A DNA stretch of 49,345 nt. Origin: Thermoproteota archaeon. Its GTDB lineage: Archaea > Korarchaeota > Korarchaeia > Korarchaeales > Korarchaeaceae. Location: contig JAOZGP010000026.1 of NCBI GenBank assembly GCA_027491735.1, positions 1 through 49,345 on the forward strand, in the 5' to 3' direction. Positions 28,729 through 38,859 of this stretch are shown piece after piece. The number at the start of each line of letters is the position of its first letter. Within the stretch, counting starts at the first letter, position 1. Both the position numbers and the translations under genes were made by a program. Below the pieces are notes generated by a model. That model was not told the DNA's origin. It searched no databases and worked only from the letters and a program-made list of their open reading frames with translations.

Positions 28729-29862
28729 TCACCTCGTGAGAACAATCGAAGTAGCTCCGGATCCAACACCACTAATGCTCAGCAGGAGGCAGCTCTTTGC
28801 TCCATCTATCTGTGATTCTCCTACTCTCCCCGTCAGCTGAAGATATGCCTCTGCCGCTTGATAAACAGCGGAAGCACCAACAGGATATCCTCTGGCCTTG
28901 AGCCCTCCCTCAGGATTGACCGGCATCTCACCATCCCTAGAAAACCTTCCCTCGGCGGTCAGCTGAGGAGCTTTCCCTTCCTCCGCCAATCCGATAGACT
29001 CCAGCTGGAGATAGGCCAGAACGCTGCTGCTATCATGGATCTTTGTAAAGCTTATCGAGCTGAGGTCCATCTCTGCCATGTCCAGTGCCCTCTTAACAGA
29101 GGACCTGACGACGTCCAATCTAAGCAGATCCTCCCTCAGGCTCAGCATGACCTTACCGCTTGATATAGAAAATCCAGATATCTTGACCTCTCCTCTCTCA
29201 CTGACGACCACGGCAGCAGCACCATCTCCTTCGGCAGGGACATCAAATAGCTTCAGAGGTTCAGCTAAATAGGGAGATCTCATGTAGTTCTCGAGCTTGA
29301 GTTTGTATCTGAACTGAGCATGTGGAACGACACAGGCGTTCTCGTGCATGAGAACGGGAAAGTGACCGAAATCTTCCTCTCCAATATTATATCTCCTCAT
29401 ATAGGTCTGCATAATCAGTGCATGTTGAGAATGGATTGTAGCTCCAATTTCTCGCTCGAATCGTCTATCCAATGATGTGGAGGAGATAAGCGTGAGATCT
29501 TCTAAGGCAGTTACGTCGCTCATCTTCTCCACTCCTATCACGAGCACCCTCCTAGCAATACCTGAATTAACTAGAGCCGTTGCTGTGATTATAGCCGCTG
29601 CTCCAGAAGCTCCCTCGAGACTAACCTTGAAGGAGGGAGCATCCCTGATACCCAACTGGTCAACTATTATAGAGGAGAGATCCTCCTGACCGTTTGCTGT
29701 CCCAGAGAACGAGTTGGCCACTACAACAGCATCGATTTCCTCATGTCCTGAGTCCTCCAGAGCTCTGATTCCAGCTTCGACAGCTAGGTCTTCTAGAGAT
29801 AGATCCCAGTGGTTCGTAACCCTTGTGAAACCCGCTCCGCTTATATAGGCCACAACGATCAC
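28729..29862 (-). CDS. Thiolase-fold protein (acetoacetyl-CoA thiolase position) with substituted catalytic residues
   Basis: GVEKMSD, DGAAAVVV, VNPEGGLKARG; real start may be GTG 29853. Confidence 0.88.
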   Translation of the reverse strand: MIVVAYISGAGFTRVTNHWDLSLEDLAVEAGIRALEDSGHEEIDAVVVANSFSGTANGQEDLSSIIVDQLGIRDAPSFKVSLEGASGAAAIITATALVNSGIARRVLVIGVEKMSDVTALEDLTLISSTSLDRRFEREIGATIHSQHALIMQTYMRRYNIGEEDFGHFPVLMHENACVVPHAQFRYKLKLENYMRSPYLAEPLKLFDVPAEGDGAAAVVVSERGEVKISGFSISSGKVMLSLREDLLRLDVVRSSVKRALDMAEMDLSSISFTKIHDSSSVLAYLQLESIGLAEEGKAPQLTAEGRFSRDGEMPVNPEGGLKARGYPVGASAVYQAAEAYLQLTGRVGESQIDGAKSCLLLSISGVGSGATSIVLTR

Positions 29863-29865
29863 CCC

Positions 29866-30945
29866 CTAATACCCGCTGAAGTCCTTCATCATGTGAATCA
29901 TTCTTCTATTCCTTGCGTAAACAGTGTAATCCACATATCTCTTTCTCTGGATATAGTCCATGACTTTCGGTGCGAGCTCTCTCACATTTTCTATTTTATC
30001 AGTCACTTCGATGTGGAATGCATCACTCCCAGCCCCTGACCCGAACGAGACCACCAGAATTTTACTTTCCGGAGGAGCGATGTCGAGTACAGCTGATAAT
30101 CCGATGAGAGCAGATCCACTGTACGTGTTCCCTATGTATGATGTTATTAGGCCTGGTTTAATCTTCTCAGGAGAAAATCCGAGCTTCTGGCCGACTCTAA
30201 GGGGAAATTTTCCGTTTGGCTGATGGAAGACGGCGTAATCATAATCTTCAGGAGATGTGTTTATCTGGTCCATCAGAGCCCTAGCAGCACTCATTATGTG
30301 ATGAAAATAAGCGGGTTCACCTGTGAAAGCTCTTGTATGAGCAGGATACCTCTCATGCTGTCTTCTCCAAAAGTCGGGCGTGTCCGAAACGTAGGAGAGA
30401 GAGGCTTTTATAAGGGCAACAGAATCCTTTCCCGGACCTATGACAAGTGCTGCTCCACCAGAGGCGGCAGTGTACTCTAGCGCATCTCCTGGAGCTCCTT
30501 GAGCTGTGTCAGCTCCGACGACAAGGCCGTAATCTATCATTCCAGAGCCCACTAACCCTATCGCAGCCTGTAGAGCCTCAGTGCCAGCTTTACAGGCAAA
30601 CTCGAAGTCAGCTCCAGTGGTCCTTCTCTCTCCTATGTCCAGGGCCTCTACGAGTAGGGTAGCAGTAGGCTTAACAGCATACGGTTTGGACTCTGTTCCC
30701 ACATAGGTTGCTCCTATTCTTCTGGGATCAATCCTGGCCCTTAACAGTGCATTATAGGCAGCCTCGTAGGCGATGGTGAACGTGTCCTCATCTATCCCAG
30801 GGAGGCTCTTTTCCTCGACCATGATGCCAGCAGCATATCTTTTCCAACTTCTTCCCCAAGCTCTAGCTAATTCCTCAGATCTTATCCTATATCTAGGAAC
30901 GTACGCACCCCAACCAACTATTCCCACATCTCTATCCGGCTTCAT
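29866..30945 (-). CDS. Hydroxymethylglutaryl-CoA synthase
   Basis: [18 protein letters not shown] (catalytic Cys), [21 protein letters not shown]. Confidence 0.96.
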   Translation of the reverse strand: MKPDRDVGIVGWGAYVPRYRIRSEELARAWGRSWKRYAAGIMVEEKSLPGIDEDTFTIAYEAAYNALLRARIDPRRIGATYVGTESKPYAVKPTATLLVEALDIGERRTTGADFEFACKAGTEALQAAIGLVGSGMIDYGLVVGADTAQGAPGDALEYTAASGGAALVIGPGKDSVALIKASLSYVSDTPDFWRRQHERYPAHTRAFTGEPAYFHHIMSAARALMDQINTSPEDYDYAVFHQPNGKFPLRVGQKLGFSPEKIKPGLITSYIGNTYSGSALIGLSAVLDIAPPESKILVVSFGSGAGSDAFHIEVTDKIENVRELAPKVMDYIQRKRYVDYTVYARNRRMIHMMKDFSGY

Positions 30946-31110
30946 GATCCCTACCTTCTTCTCAGCTCAGCATGGATTCCAGTGGATTGACGCAATAGAT
31001 GAGATAGATGCCGTCCTTCAACTAATACACAGTTCCAAGACTGTGCCGGACGTTGTGTTCAGCAAAATATATAACGTTAGTTATGCGGTCATTAGTCCTT
31101 AGCTCATTGA

Positions 31111-31896
31111 CTAATGTTCCAAGAACCTCTCCCTGAGGGCGTCGACAAGCTCAGCTATACTCTCCTTCTTGGAGACCGCCAAAGGAACTTTCATTATATT
31201 AGCAAGCTTTATGGCCAGCTTATCTGTGTCCTCGGGTTTCAGACCGTGTAGCACCACCAAACTGGGTCTCATGTCAAAGACCCTGAGGGCGACCATGGGG
31301 CTTCTTCCTGTGGAAACCTTCGTGAAGATCAGAGCTCTCTCAGTCGAGGATCCAAATATCTTCATGAAATCCATTCCAGAGAGGCACTCTATGGCCCTTA
31401 TACTGTCTATTATCGTATATCCATGTACAAGGATACTATCTTGAGGCTTTATCAGAAGAACAGCATCTATAGCCTCTAAAAATTCCTCTGCAGGTACCGG
31501 CACCGCGAGCTCGAGCATGTCCACTATGCTCGCCAAGATCGGCGCTACTCCCATCGACCTAGATAGTAATTTGAGCTTCTCCCCACCTCTCTCCTCGTCC
31601 CTAGTTATAAGAGCATTGATAAATCTCCTCAAGACGAGAGATCCTGGACTCTTCCTCCTTCCGGATTCATAGTCGGAGATCACAGAGGCAGATATACCGA
31701 GCAGCCTTGATAGCTCACTTTGCTTTATGCCGAAGTACTCCCTCCACCTTCTCATCGCTCTACCCACGTTTGAGGAGAATAAGATGTCGCCTGCTATCTT
31801 CTTGGCAATCATCTCTTTGAGCATTCTTCTGTGATATGACATTGGTTCTAAATCTATGGAACTCTTCTCATCAAAGGCTTCCTCCAAGTCCGACAA
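31111..31896 (-). CDS. XRE-type HTH transcriptional regulator (COG1709-like)
   Basis: SVISDYESGRRKSPG HTH; ERALIFTKVSTGRSPMVA; typical neighbour of archaeal HMG-CoA synthase. Confidence 0.9.
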   Translation of the reverse strand: MSDLEEAFDEKSSIDLEPMSYHRRMLKEMIAKKIAGDILFSSNVGRAMRRWREYFGIKQSELSRLLGISASVISDYESGRRKSPGSLVLRRFINALITRDEERGGEKLKLLSRSMGVAPILASIVDMLELAVPVPAEEFLEAIDAVLLIKPQDSILVHGYTIIDSIRAIECLSGMDFMKIFGSSTERALIFTKVSTGRSPMVALRVFDMRPSLVVLHGLKPEDTDKLAIKLANIMKVPLAVSKKESIAELVDALRERFLEH

Positions 31897-31942
31897 TCAC
31901 CTAACTCTTATGCCTAAGCCGGTTATAAAAATCTTCCCGAGA

Positions 31943-31956
31943 TTAGGTTAAACTAA
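31943..31956. promoter_or_regulatory. DtxR/MntR-like palindromic operator candidate
   Basis: TTAGGTTAAACTAA, one mismatch from TTAGG-N4-CCTAA, just upstream of the regulator TATA (31923-31930). Confidence 0.35.
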
Positions 31957-32122
31957 TTAATCAAAGAGGCTGGAAACGAGAGCTACGGTCTTTAAAGCAA
32001 CTCTTTTAGCTGAAGGCTGATCAAAACCGAATTTTTCTTGACAGAGCACTTCCATTAGCTGCTGTGAAACCTAAGGATCAGAATCGTGGGAGGTAATTCA
32101 GAAAAGCGGTGTGGAGCTTCAT

Positions 32123-32470
32123 CTACCTAAAATGAACCGAGATTACCTTTTTAACAACCGATTCTATATCACAATCACTCAAAACCTTAGTTTTAACCTT
32201 TTTTAAGTCTTCTGCAATTTCTACGGCTGCTAGATGGTAGCAGAAGGCCCTCTCACCTCTAAGCAGAACATTGATCGTAAAATCAGGGCACATGCAGTAT
32301 TTTCCGCGAATGACCAAGTAATCACCCCTCTCTCCCTTCACCACATAGAAAGAGAGACCTGAGGGTTGGAAAACGTACTTTGTGATGAGACTTGAGTTGA
32401 CAACTCTCTCAAGCTTTCTCACGCTTTCTTTAGGCAGCTTTTCAATCAACTTATAGTACCTCTCCCTCAT
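32123..32470 (-). CDS. SWIM zinc-finger protein
   Basis: YCMCPDF...CYHLAAV (CxC...CxH). Confidence 0.85.
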   Translation of the reverse strand: MRERYYKLIEKLPKESVRKLERVVNSSLITKYVFQPSGLSFYVVKGERGDYLVIRGKYCMCPDFTINVLLRGERAFCYHLAAVEIAEDLKKVKTKVLSDCDIESVVKKVISVHFR

Positions 32471-32529
32471 CGGCCCTTCAAACTCATCGAATGAAAGGTT
32501 AAGTTAAAAGATCATCAGCGGAAAAGTTC

Positions 32530-33249
32530 TTGGTGACAGAGCTAGAAATCCTTTGGGGAAACCCTGCCGTCATGATAAGGTATGACATTAATTACTTGGT
32601 GGTCGCCGACACACATATAGGTTTTGAAAGAAAACTCGCCAAGGACGGGGTGTTCATACCTGATATATCAGATCGCATGGCCTCTCAGATAATACACCTC
32701 ATCGATAAACACTCTGCAGACACTCTTGTGATACTCGGGGATCTCAAGGAGAGCATAGGAGTCTCCTCATCCATCAGGGCTCATCTAACCAAATTCGTCG
32801 GTAAAATCACGGAGAGGGGAGTTAACATGATCCTGCTCAAAGGAAATCACGATGGATCGATAGAGACCCTTCTACCTAAGAAGGTTAAGATCATGCGCGA
32901 GCTAACCCTAGGGGACTTAGTCATGCTACACGGCCACGCTCACCCTCGAGGAGACGTACCTGAGGGAGCCTCTATTCTGACAGCTCATGTTCATCCTCGC
33001 TTCAGGAACCCCGACTTCAACAGAAGCGAAGGTGTCTTCGTTGTGGGCAAAGCTAGAACCGGCGGGAATTTTGTGCTCATGCCTGCCTTCAATCCCCTCC
33101 TTGGAGGAGTTCCTCTGAACAGCTACACTCCAGATGACGCGAGGCTGGGGGTGATCTTCTCTGAGAGATACGCTGACATCAACAGCTCAACAGTTCTCTC
33201 CATTGATGGATCGTGCCTTGGTACTCTCATCTATGGTCGAAGAGCGTGA
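32530..33249 (+). CDS. Calcineurin-like metallophosphoesterase (COG1407-like)
   Basis: DTHIG, GDLKE, GNHD, HGH, HVHP, MPAFNPL. Confidence 0.9.
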   Translation: MVTELEILWGNPAVMIRYDINYLVVADTHIGFERKLAKDGVFIPDISDRMASQIIHLIDKHSADTLVILGDLKESIGVSSSIRAHLTKFVGKITERGVNMILLKGNHDGSIETLLPKKVKIMRELTLGDLVMLHGHAHPRGDVPEGASILTAHVHPRFRNPDFNRSEGVFVVGKARTGGNFVLMPAFNPLLGGVPLNSYTPDDARLGVIFSERYADINSSTVLSIDGSCLGTLIYGRRA

Positions 33250-33525
33250 GCTCGTGCTCTTACGTTCCTTCTCTCGCGCAAGACCTCCGACATGAAGGTC
33301 TGCGAGGTCGGGCCTTATCTGAGGTTTTACATCTTGAATTCATGGCTCTTTGGGCGTATGTTACATCTCTCGTTAGGGCATGGGCTGCGGAGGATTGTTT
33401 ACTCTCAAAGGTGCTTGGACCTAGTCACTCCGCGCCCCCTTGGGAGGAGAGAAAGAGTTTGCAGGCAGTGGGAAGATAATTTTTTAATTCTCCAAGGAAC
33501 CTGAACGTCAACCCTGGGACTTCTG

Positions 33526-34920
33526 TTGCGCGAGAGCTGGGATGTCATCATCGTTGGAGCAGGTCCAACTGGGCTCTTTACCGCTCTAGAGGTGAAAAAG
33601 CTAGCTCCAAATGCTCAGGTTCTGATAGTAGAGATGGGGCACGATCTGGAGCAGCGAAGATGTCCCAGGAGAGTCAGAGGCAGATGCATACAGTGTCAGC
33701 CCTGTAATGTGTTATCTGGTTTTGGGGGGGCGGGGGCATTCAGTGATGGAAAGCTCAATCTTACTAAGGACGTGGGTGGTGATCTAGCAGAAATAGTCGG
33801 AGATAAAGTGGTTAATCAGCTTATAGAATACGTGGACTCAATTTACATTTCGCTTGGGGCTCCTTCAAAAATCTTTGGTGCCGATCACGAGGTTGTGGAG
33901 CAACTCCGCAAGAAAGCATATAGAGCAGGGATGATGCTGGTTCCCTTCAAAATAAGACACATGGGAACCGACGGCGGCTATAAGGTCCTAAAAAACTTTA
34001 GAAAGATGCTGATAGAGGACGGAGTGGAGTTCTACTTCAGTTCTGAGGTAAAAAACATTGTTATAGAGGACGGGCGAGCTGTCGGTGTTAAACTACAGGA
34101 TGGAAGGGAAATTCGAGCTAAATATGTAGTTGTGTCCCCAGGTAGAGTTGGGACACGATGGCTTGTGGAGGAGGCAAAAAGAATAGGCGTCAAAGTTGAG
34201 GGTGGAACTGTGGATATAGGAGTCAGGGTTGAGGTGCTCGCTGATGTCATGGAGGAGTTCACCAGCGTGCTCTACGAGCCCAAGCTCGTATATTACAGCA
34301 AAACATTTGACGATAAGCTTCGGATCTTCTGCGTTAACCCTGGCGGGGAGGTGACCACCGAATCCTACTGGGGAATAGTTACAGTGAACGGAATGTCTCG
34401 TGAGGATAAACACACGGAGAACACGAACTTCGCCATTCTGGTCACGACGAAATTCACCTATCCCTATAAAGACACTATTTCATATGCTCTTGATATAGCA
34501 AGGCTTGCTAATAACATAGCCGGTAATCAACCGATAATACAAAGGCTCGGTGATCTTCTCAAGGGGAGAAGATCTACTCCGGAGAGGATCTCCAGAAGCA
34601 TAATAAAGCCCACCCTCGAGGAGGCAGTCCCAGGAGATCTAAGCTTTGTCTTCCCATATAGGTATCTCGTGGACATAATAGAGATGTTAGAGGCCATGAA
34701 CAATATAATGCCTGGAGTTTTCAGTAGCCACACTCTTCTGTACGGCGTGGAGCTCAAACTTCATACAGCTAAGCTAAACCTGAAGCCTAATCTAGAAACC
34801 AAGGAAGTGGCCAACTTATATGCCGGTGGAGATGCAGCAGGTGTGTCTAGAGGATTGATACAAGCCTCTTGCTCTGGAGTTATGATTGGAAGAGATATAG
34901 GCAAGCGTTTAATTTCCTAG
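33526..34920 (+). CDS. NAD(P)/FAD-dependent oxidoreductase (COG2509-like)
   Basis: GAGPTG, CPR...CIQCQPC, GGAGAFSDGKL, VDIGVRVE, GDAAGVSRG. Confidence 0.88.
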   Translation: MRESWDVIIVGAGPTGLFTALEVKKLAPNAQVLIVEMGHDLEQRRCPRRVRGRCIQCQPCNVLSGFGGAGAFSDGKLNLTKDVGGDLAEIVGDKVVNQLIEYVDSIYISLGAPSKIFGADHEVVEQLRKKAYRAGMMLVPFKIRHMGTDGGYKVLKNFRKMLIEDGVEFYFSSEVKNIVIEDGRAVGVKLQDGREIRAKYVVVSPGRVGTRWLVEEAKRIGVKVEGGTVDIGVRVEVLADVMEEFTSVLYEPKLVYYSKTFDDKLRIFCVNPGGEVTTESYWGIVTVNGMSREDKHTENTNFAILVTTKFTYPYKDTISYALDIARLANNIAGNQPIIQRLGDLLKGRRSTPERISRSIIKPTLEEAVPGDLSFVFPYRYLVDIIEMLEAMNNIMPGVFSSHTLLYGVELKLHTAKLNLKPNLETKEVANLYAGGDAAGVSRGLIQASCSGVMIGRDIGKRLIS

Positions 34921-35030
34921 ATGATCGTGGGGGTCTTTTCCTCCAACTCCAGGTTGATCGACCTCCCTCTGAAATTTTTTATAGGCAGCTCAGGTTGAGG
35001 CAGTAGGGTTTAACACAAGAGGAGATCGGG

Positions 35031-35459
35031 ATGGCCAGAAGGTCAATACGAAGGAGAAAGATCAAGGGAGTAAAACCGAAGGTATCTAGGGGTCTCCCTG
35101 TGATGGCCAAGGTAAAATGTGCAGACAACACTGGAGCTAAGGTTCTGCAGATAATAGGTGTCATCGGCTACAAAGGTAGGAAAGGAAGAATACCAGCGGC
35201 TAGTGTGGGGGATATGGTGTCTGTGGTCGTGAAACAGGGCAAATATGAACTGATGCACACTCCCCACAAGGCAGTCATAATAAGGCAGAGGAAGCCCTAC
35301 AGAAGGAAGTCCGGTCAGTGGGTTTGCTTCGAGGACAATGCCGCTATTCTAGTAAACGACGATGCTACTCCGAAAGGATCTGAGGTCAAGGGACCGATAG
35401 CTAGGGAAGCCATAGAAAAGTGGCCCGTCCTGAGCTCCATTTCCGCTATAGTGATTTAA
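35031..35459 (+). CDS. rpl14p: 50S ribosomal protein uL14
   Basis: [22 protein letters not shown]. Confidence 0.97.
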   Translation: MARRSIRRRKIKGVKPKVSRGLPVMAKVKCADNTGAKVLQIIGVIGYKGRKGRIPAASVGDMVSVVVKQGKYELMHTPHKAVIIRQRKPYRRKSGQWVCFEDNAAILVNDDATPKGSEVKGPIAREAIEKWPVLSSISAIVI

Positions 35460-35476
35460 AAGGAGGGTGATGAGGT

Positions 35477-35998
35477 ATGGTTATAACTTCAGCGAAGCCT
35501 TCAAAGCAGAGGAGGTATCTTTACAATGCACCCTATCATCACAGAGGAAAGATAATGTCCGCTCACCTCTCAAGGAGGCTCAGAGAGAAATATGGCGTAA
35601 GGTCCCTTCCTCTGGCGAAGGGTGATAAAGTTAGGATTCTAAGAGGTGATCCTAAGATAAAACTTAAGGAGGGAAAAGTAGCTAGGGTAGACAGGAAAAA
35701 ATACAGGATCTTTGTGGAAGGGGTCACCAGAAAAAAGACCGATGGCACCGAGATATTTATCCCCATTCATCCCTCAAATGTCGAGATAATAGATTTAAAC
35801 CTGAAAGACAAGATGAGACTTAAGATCCTCGAGAGGAAGACCAAGGGACCTGGTGAAGAAATAAAAGAGGCTCTTGAGGAGGTTAAAAGTGAATCGAAAG
35901 CATTAGAAGAGAGGAAAGAGTTGGAAACTTCTGGGGAGACCCAGGAAGGATCCGGTAAGCGATCTTCAGAAGATAATAGAGTTGTGGAGGGATCTTGA
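35477..35998 (+). CDS. rpl24p: 50S ribosomal protein uL24 with charged C-terminal extension
   Basis: [22 protein letters not shown]. Confidence 0.95.
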   Translation: MVITSAKPSKQRRYLYNAPYHHRGKIMSAHLSRRLREKYGVRSLPLAKGDKVRILRGDPKIKLKEGKVARVDRKKYRIFVEGVTRKKTDGTEIFIPIHPSNVEIIDLNLKDKMRLKILERKTKGPGEEIKEALEEVKSESKALEERKELETSGETQEGSGKRSSEDNRVVEGS

Positions 35999-36714
35999 TG
36001 GCTAATAAAGGTGGTGCCAGGAAGCTCAAAAGACTTGCTGCCCCCAGATTCTGGTCCGTGGAGAGGAAGACCTTTAAGTGGGTGGTTAAGCCGAGGCCAG
36101 GTCCTCATCCACTAAGGCTCGCGATACCTCTTCTCCTGGTCGTGAGGGATATCCTCAGACTGGCGAATACCGCTTCCGAAGCTAAGAAGGTAATTCACAG
36201 GAGGAAGATCCTCGTCGATGGGCGTCCTAGGTGGGATCCAAAATTCCCTGTAGGGATCATGGACGTCATATCAATACCTGAGATGGGGAAACACTATAGG
36301 ATAACCTCAGATCCTTACAAGGTACTGAAACTGGTCGAGATACCTGAAGGGGATGCAGATCACAAGATATCAAAGGTCATAAGGAAAACAACATACATCA
36401 GAGGAAGAATTCAGATAACAACACACGATGGAAAGAACTTCTTGCTGGATCAAGGCTCAGGGATTGAGCGTTGCAGGGTAGGAGATTCCATACACATAGC
36501 TCTTCCATCCTTCGAAGTAAGGGATGTATTTCCCCTCAGGGGGGGAGCTCCGGTTCTGGTAGTCGGTGGTAAGAGAGCTGGCTATGTGGGGTTTGTTGAA
36601 AAAATAGCAGACCTCATCGAGATAAGAGACCTAAAAGATCCTGGTCTGATGTATAGAGCTCTGGCCAAGAACGTCATAGTTCTTGGAGTAAAAGAACCTG
36701 TGGTAAGGACCTAA
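35998..36714 (+). CDS. rps4e: 30S ribosomal protein eS4
   Basis: LKRLAAP, PGPH, FPVGIMDVI, HDGKN. Confidence 0.96.
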   Translation: MANKGGARKLKRLAAPRFWSVERKTFKWVVKPRPGPHPLRLAIPLLLVVRDILRLANTASEAKKVIHRRKILVDGRPRWDPKFPVGIMDVISIPEMGKHYRITSDPYKVLKLVEIPEGDADHKISKVIRKTTYIRGRIQITTHDGKNFLLDQGSGIERCRVGDSIHIALPSFEVRDVFPLRGGAPVLVVGGKRAGYVGFVEKIADLIEIRDLKDPGLMYRALAKNVIVLGVKEPVVRT

Positions 36715-36730
36715 TTTCCGGGGGATTGAG

Positions 36731-37288
36731 ATGAGCGTGACAGGTTTGGAGAAGTTCGAAAGTTTCGATAAACTCTGGTCCAGGAACCCGATGCTTCGTC
36801 CTAGAATCGGTCATGTGGTGCTCAATATATGTGTTGGTTCTGGAGGAGAAGAGCTACAGAGGGCTGCTAAAGTTCTGGAAGAGTTATCGGGGCAGAAACC
36901 CTCATTTAGAAACGCTAAGAGAACTATAAAGGAATTCGGTATAAGGAAAGGACTTCCTATAGCAGTTATGGTCACGCTTAGGGGCAGAAAGGCTTACGAT
37001 GTACTGAACAGAGTTGCTGAAGCCATTGAAAGGACGATAAAGGCAAGCTCCTTTGATGAGCTCGGTAATTTTGCCTTTGGGATAAAGGAGCACATCGACA
37101 TACCGGGCATGAAATATAGATCCGATGTAGGCGTCTTTGGAATGGACATAATAGTCTCCTTGGAAAGACCGGGCATGAGGATTACGCGTAGGAGAATAAA
37201 GAAGAGCAAGGTGCCTAAGAGGCATAGGTTGACGAGGGAGGAAGGCATAGCATTTGCCGTGAGGCATCTGAACCTTAAGGTTATATAG
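36731..37288 (+). CDS. rpl5: 50S ribosomal protein uL5
   Basis: NPM, FGIRKG, VTLRG, FGIKEHID, GVFGMD. Confidence 0.96.
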   Translation: MSVTGLEKFESFDKLWSRNPMLRPRIGHVVLNICVGSGGEELQRAAKVLEELSGQKPSFRNAKRTIKEFGIRKGLPIAVMVTLRGRKAYDVLNRVAEAIERTIKASSFDELGNFAFGIKEHIDIPGMKYRSDVGVFGMDIIVSLERPGMRITRRRIKKSKVPKRHRLTREEGIAFAVRHLNLKVI

Positions 37289-37318
37289 GGTTTGAGCTCT
37301 ATGGGGGTTGATGGATAT

Positions 37319-37477
37319 ATGAGTCAGGAGAAAGCCAGGAAGAGGGGAAAGGGCACTTACGTCTGTAGAAGGTGCGGAAGAGTAGGTTACGGAATAATAA
37401 GGAAGTATGACCTCTACCTGTGCAGATCGTGTTTCATAGAGGTAGCATCCTCCATGGGGTGGAGGAAGTACGAGTAA
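37319..37477 (+). CDS. rps14: 30S ribosomal protein uS14 (Zn-binding)
   Basis: CRRCG...[13 protein letters not shown]...GWRKY. Confidence 0.94.
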   Translation: MSQEKARKRGKGTYVCRRCGRVGYGIIRKYDLYLCRSCFIEVASSMGWRKYE

Positions 37478-37490
37478 GAGGTGATCCCAA

Positions 37491-37880
37491 ATGACTCTCC
37501 TGGATCCACTGGCAGATGCCCTTACCGCCATATCCAACGCCTCGGCTGTCGGTAAGCGAGAGATCACCGTGAGGATAGCCTCCAAGCTTTTGGGGAATGT
37601 GTTAAAGATATTACAGGATGAGGGATACATAGGAGAGTTTGAGTACGTAGAAGGCAGGGGCGGGGCCTTTAAGGCGGAACTGCTTGGAAGGATCAACAAG
37701 ATAGGTGCGATAAAGCCGAGGTTCAGTGTTAAAAAGGATGAATTTGAGTACTGGGAGAGAAGGTACCTACCGGCATCGAACGTGGGAGTTCTGATAGTCT
37801 CAACGCCTCAGGGAGTGATGACTCATAGGGAGGCGAAGAGGAGGGGTATAGGAGGAGTTCTCATAGCTTACTGCTACTGA
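37491..37880 (+). CDS. rps8: 30S ribosomal protein uS8
   Basis: [28 protein letters not shown]. Confidence 0.97.
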   Translation: MTLLDPLADALTAISNASAVGKREITVRIASKLLGNVLKILQDEGYIGEFEYVEGRGGAFKAELLGRINKIGAIKPRFSVKKDEFEYWERRYLPASNVGVLIVSTPQGVMTHREAKRRGIGGVLIAYCY

Positions 37881-37893
37881 GGAGGGAATTCTC

Positions 37894-38454
37894 ATGCGCT
37901 ATCCTAGAGTTGCTCTTGTATCTTTCTCTAAGGAGGTTTCGATACCTGAAGGGGTCAAAGTCTCGGTTGAAGGAGATAAAGTGACTGTTGAGGGCCCAAA
38001 AGGCAAGCTTGAGAGGAGGTATATGCCCGAATTCATTGATATATCTGTAGAGAAAGATGTGGTTCGTTTGACCACTTATGGCAGGAGAAAGTTCAATAGA
38101 GCCTACTTAGGTACTTGCACTGCTCACATAAGGAACATGATAAGAGGTGTCACCGAGGGATTCAAGAGAGAAATGATAGTTGCCTTCGCCCACTTTCCGG
38201 TGAGGGTAGAAGTTGATGAATCCAAGAAACTGGTTCTAATAAAGAATTTCTTGGGGGGGCGGTCCGTCAGGACCGCCAAGATAGTCGGGGAGGTTAAGGT
38301 TACTGTGAAGGACGACAGGTTGATAATAGAGGGCATCTCCAAAGAGGACGTGTGTCAGACGGCCGCCAACATAAGGCAAGCTACGAGGATAAAGAGGAAG
38401 GACCCAAGGGTCTTCCAGGATGGTATATACGTTGTTCCGGAGGGTATGTCATGA
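37894..38454 (+). CDS. rpl6: 50S ribosomal protein uL6
   Basis: GPKG, GVTEGF, HFP, NFLG, DPRVFQDGIY. Confidence 0.97.
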   Translation: MRYPRVALVSFSKEVSIPEGVKVSVEGDKVTVEGPKGKLERRYMPEFIDISVEKDVVRLTTYGRRKFNRAYLGTCTAHIRNMIRGVTEGFKREMIVAFAHFPVRVEVDESKKLVLIKNFLGGRSVRTAKIVGEVKVTVKDDRLIIEGISKEDVCQTAANIRQATRIKRKDPRVFQDGIYVVPEGMS

Positions 38455-38858
38455 TAAGGGATCACAAGGAAGGTAGGAGGCTGATAAGGTCTCTGAAGAA
38501 GAGAAAACCCAGGTTCATAAACTTGGCCAGATATCAGCACAAGGCTTGTGTAAAGTCCTGGAGGAGACCCAGGGGAATAGATAACAAACAAAGGCTTAAG
38601 CTGAAGAGCAGACCAAAGCTTCCTAGTAAGGGATACAAGAACCCAGAGAAGATTCGAGGGCTCCATCCTTCTGGCAGGATCCCTGTCAGGATCGAGAACC
38701 TCTCTCAACTCGAGGAGGCGGTGAAAAAATATGGATCCGACAGGATAATAATTTACATATCAGGGACGGTGGGCAGAAGAAAGAGGCAGCAGATAGTGGA
38801 GCTTGGAAGGTCCTTAGACGTGAGATTTGCAAATGTAAGCATAGCGGAGGTGTCATGA
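38451..38858 (+). CDS. rpl32e: 50S ribosomal protein eL32
   Basis: WRRPRGIDNKQR, RGLHPSG; probable ATG at 38451. Confidence 0.95.
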   Translation: MIRDHKEGRRLIRSLKKRKPRFINLARYQHKACVKSWRRPRGIDNKQRLKLKSRPKLPSKGYKNPEKIRGLHPSGRIPVRIENLSQLEEAVKKYGSDRIIIYISGTVGRRKRQQIVELGRSLDVRFANVSIAEVS

Positions 38859-38859
38859 A

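Noticed and set aside
31960-32120. Intergenic region with TGGAAAC as a possible replication origin (ORB)
   Set aside because: No repeated full ORB elements and no cdc6/orc1 nearby.
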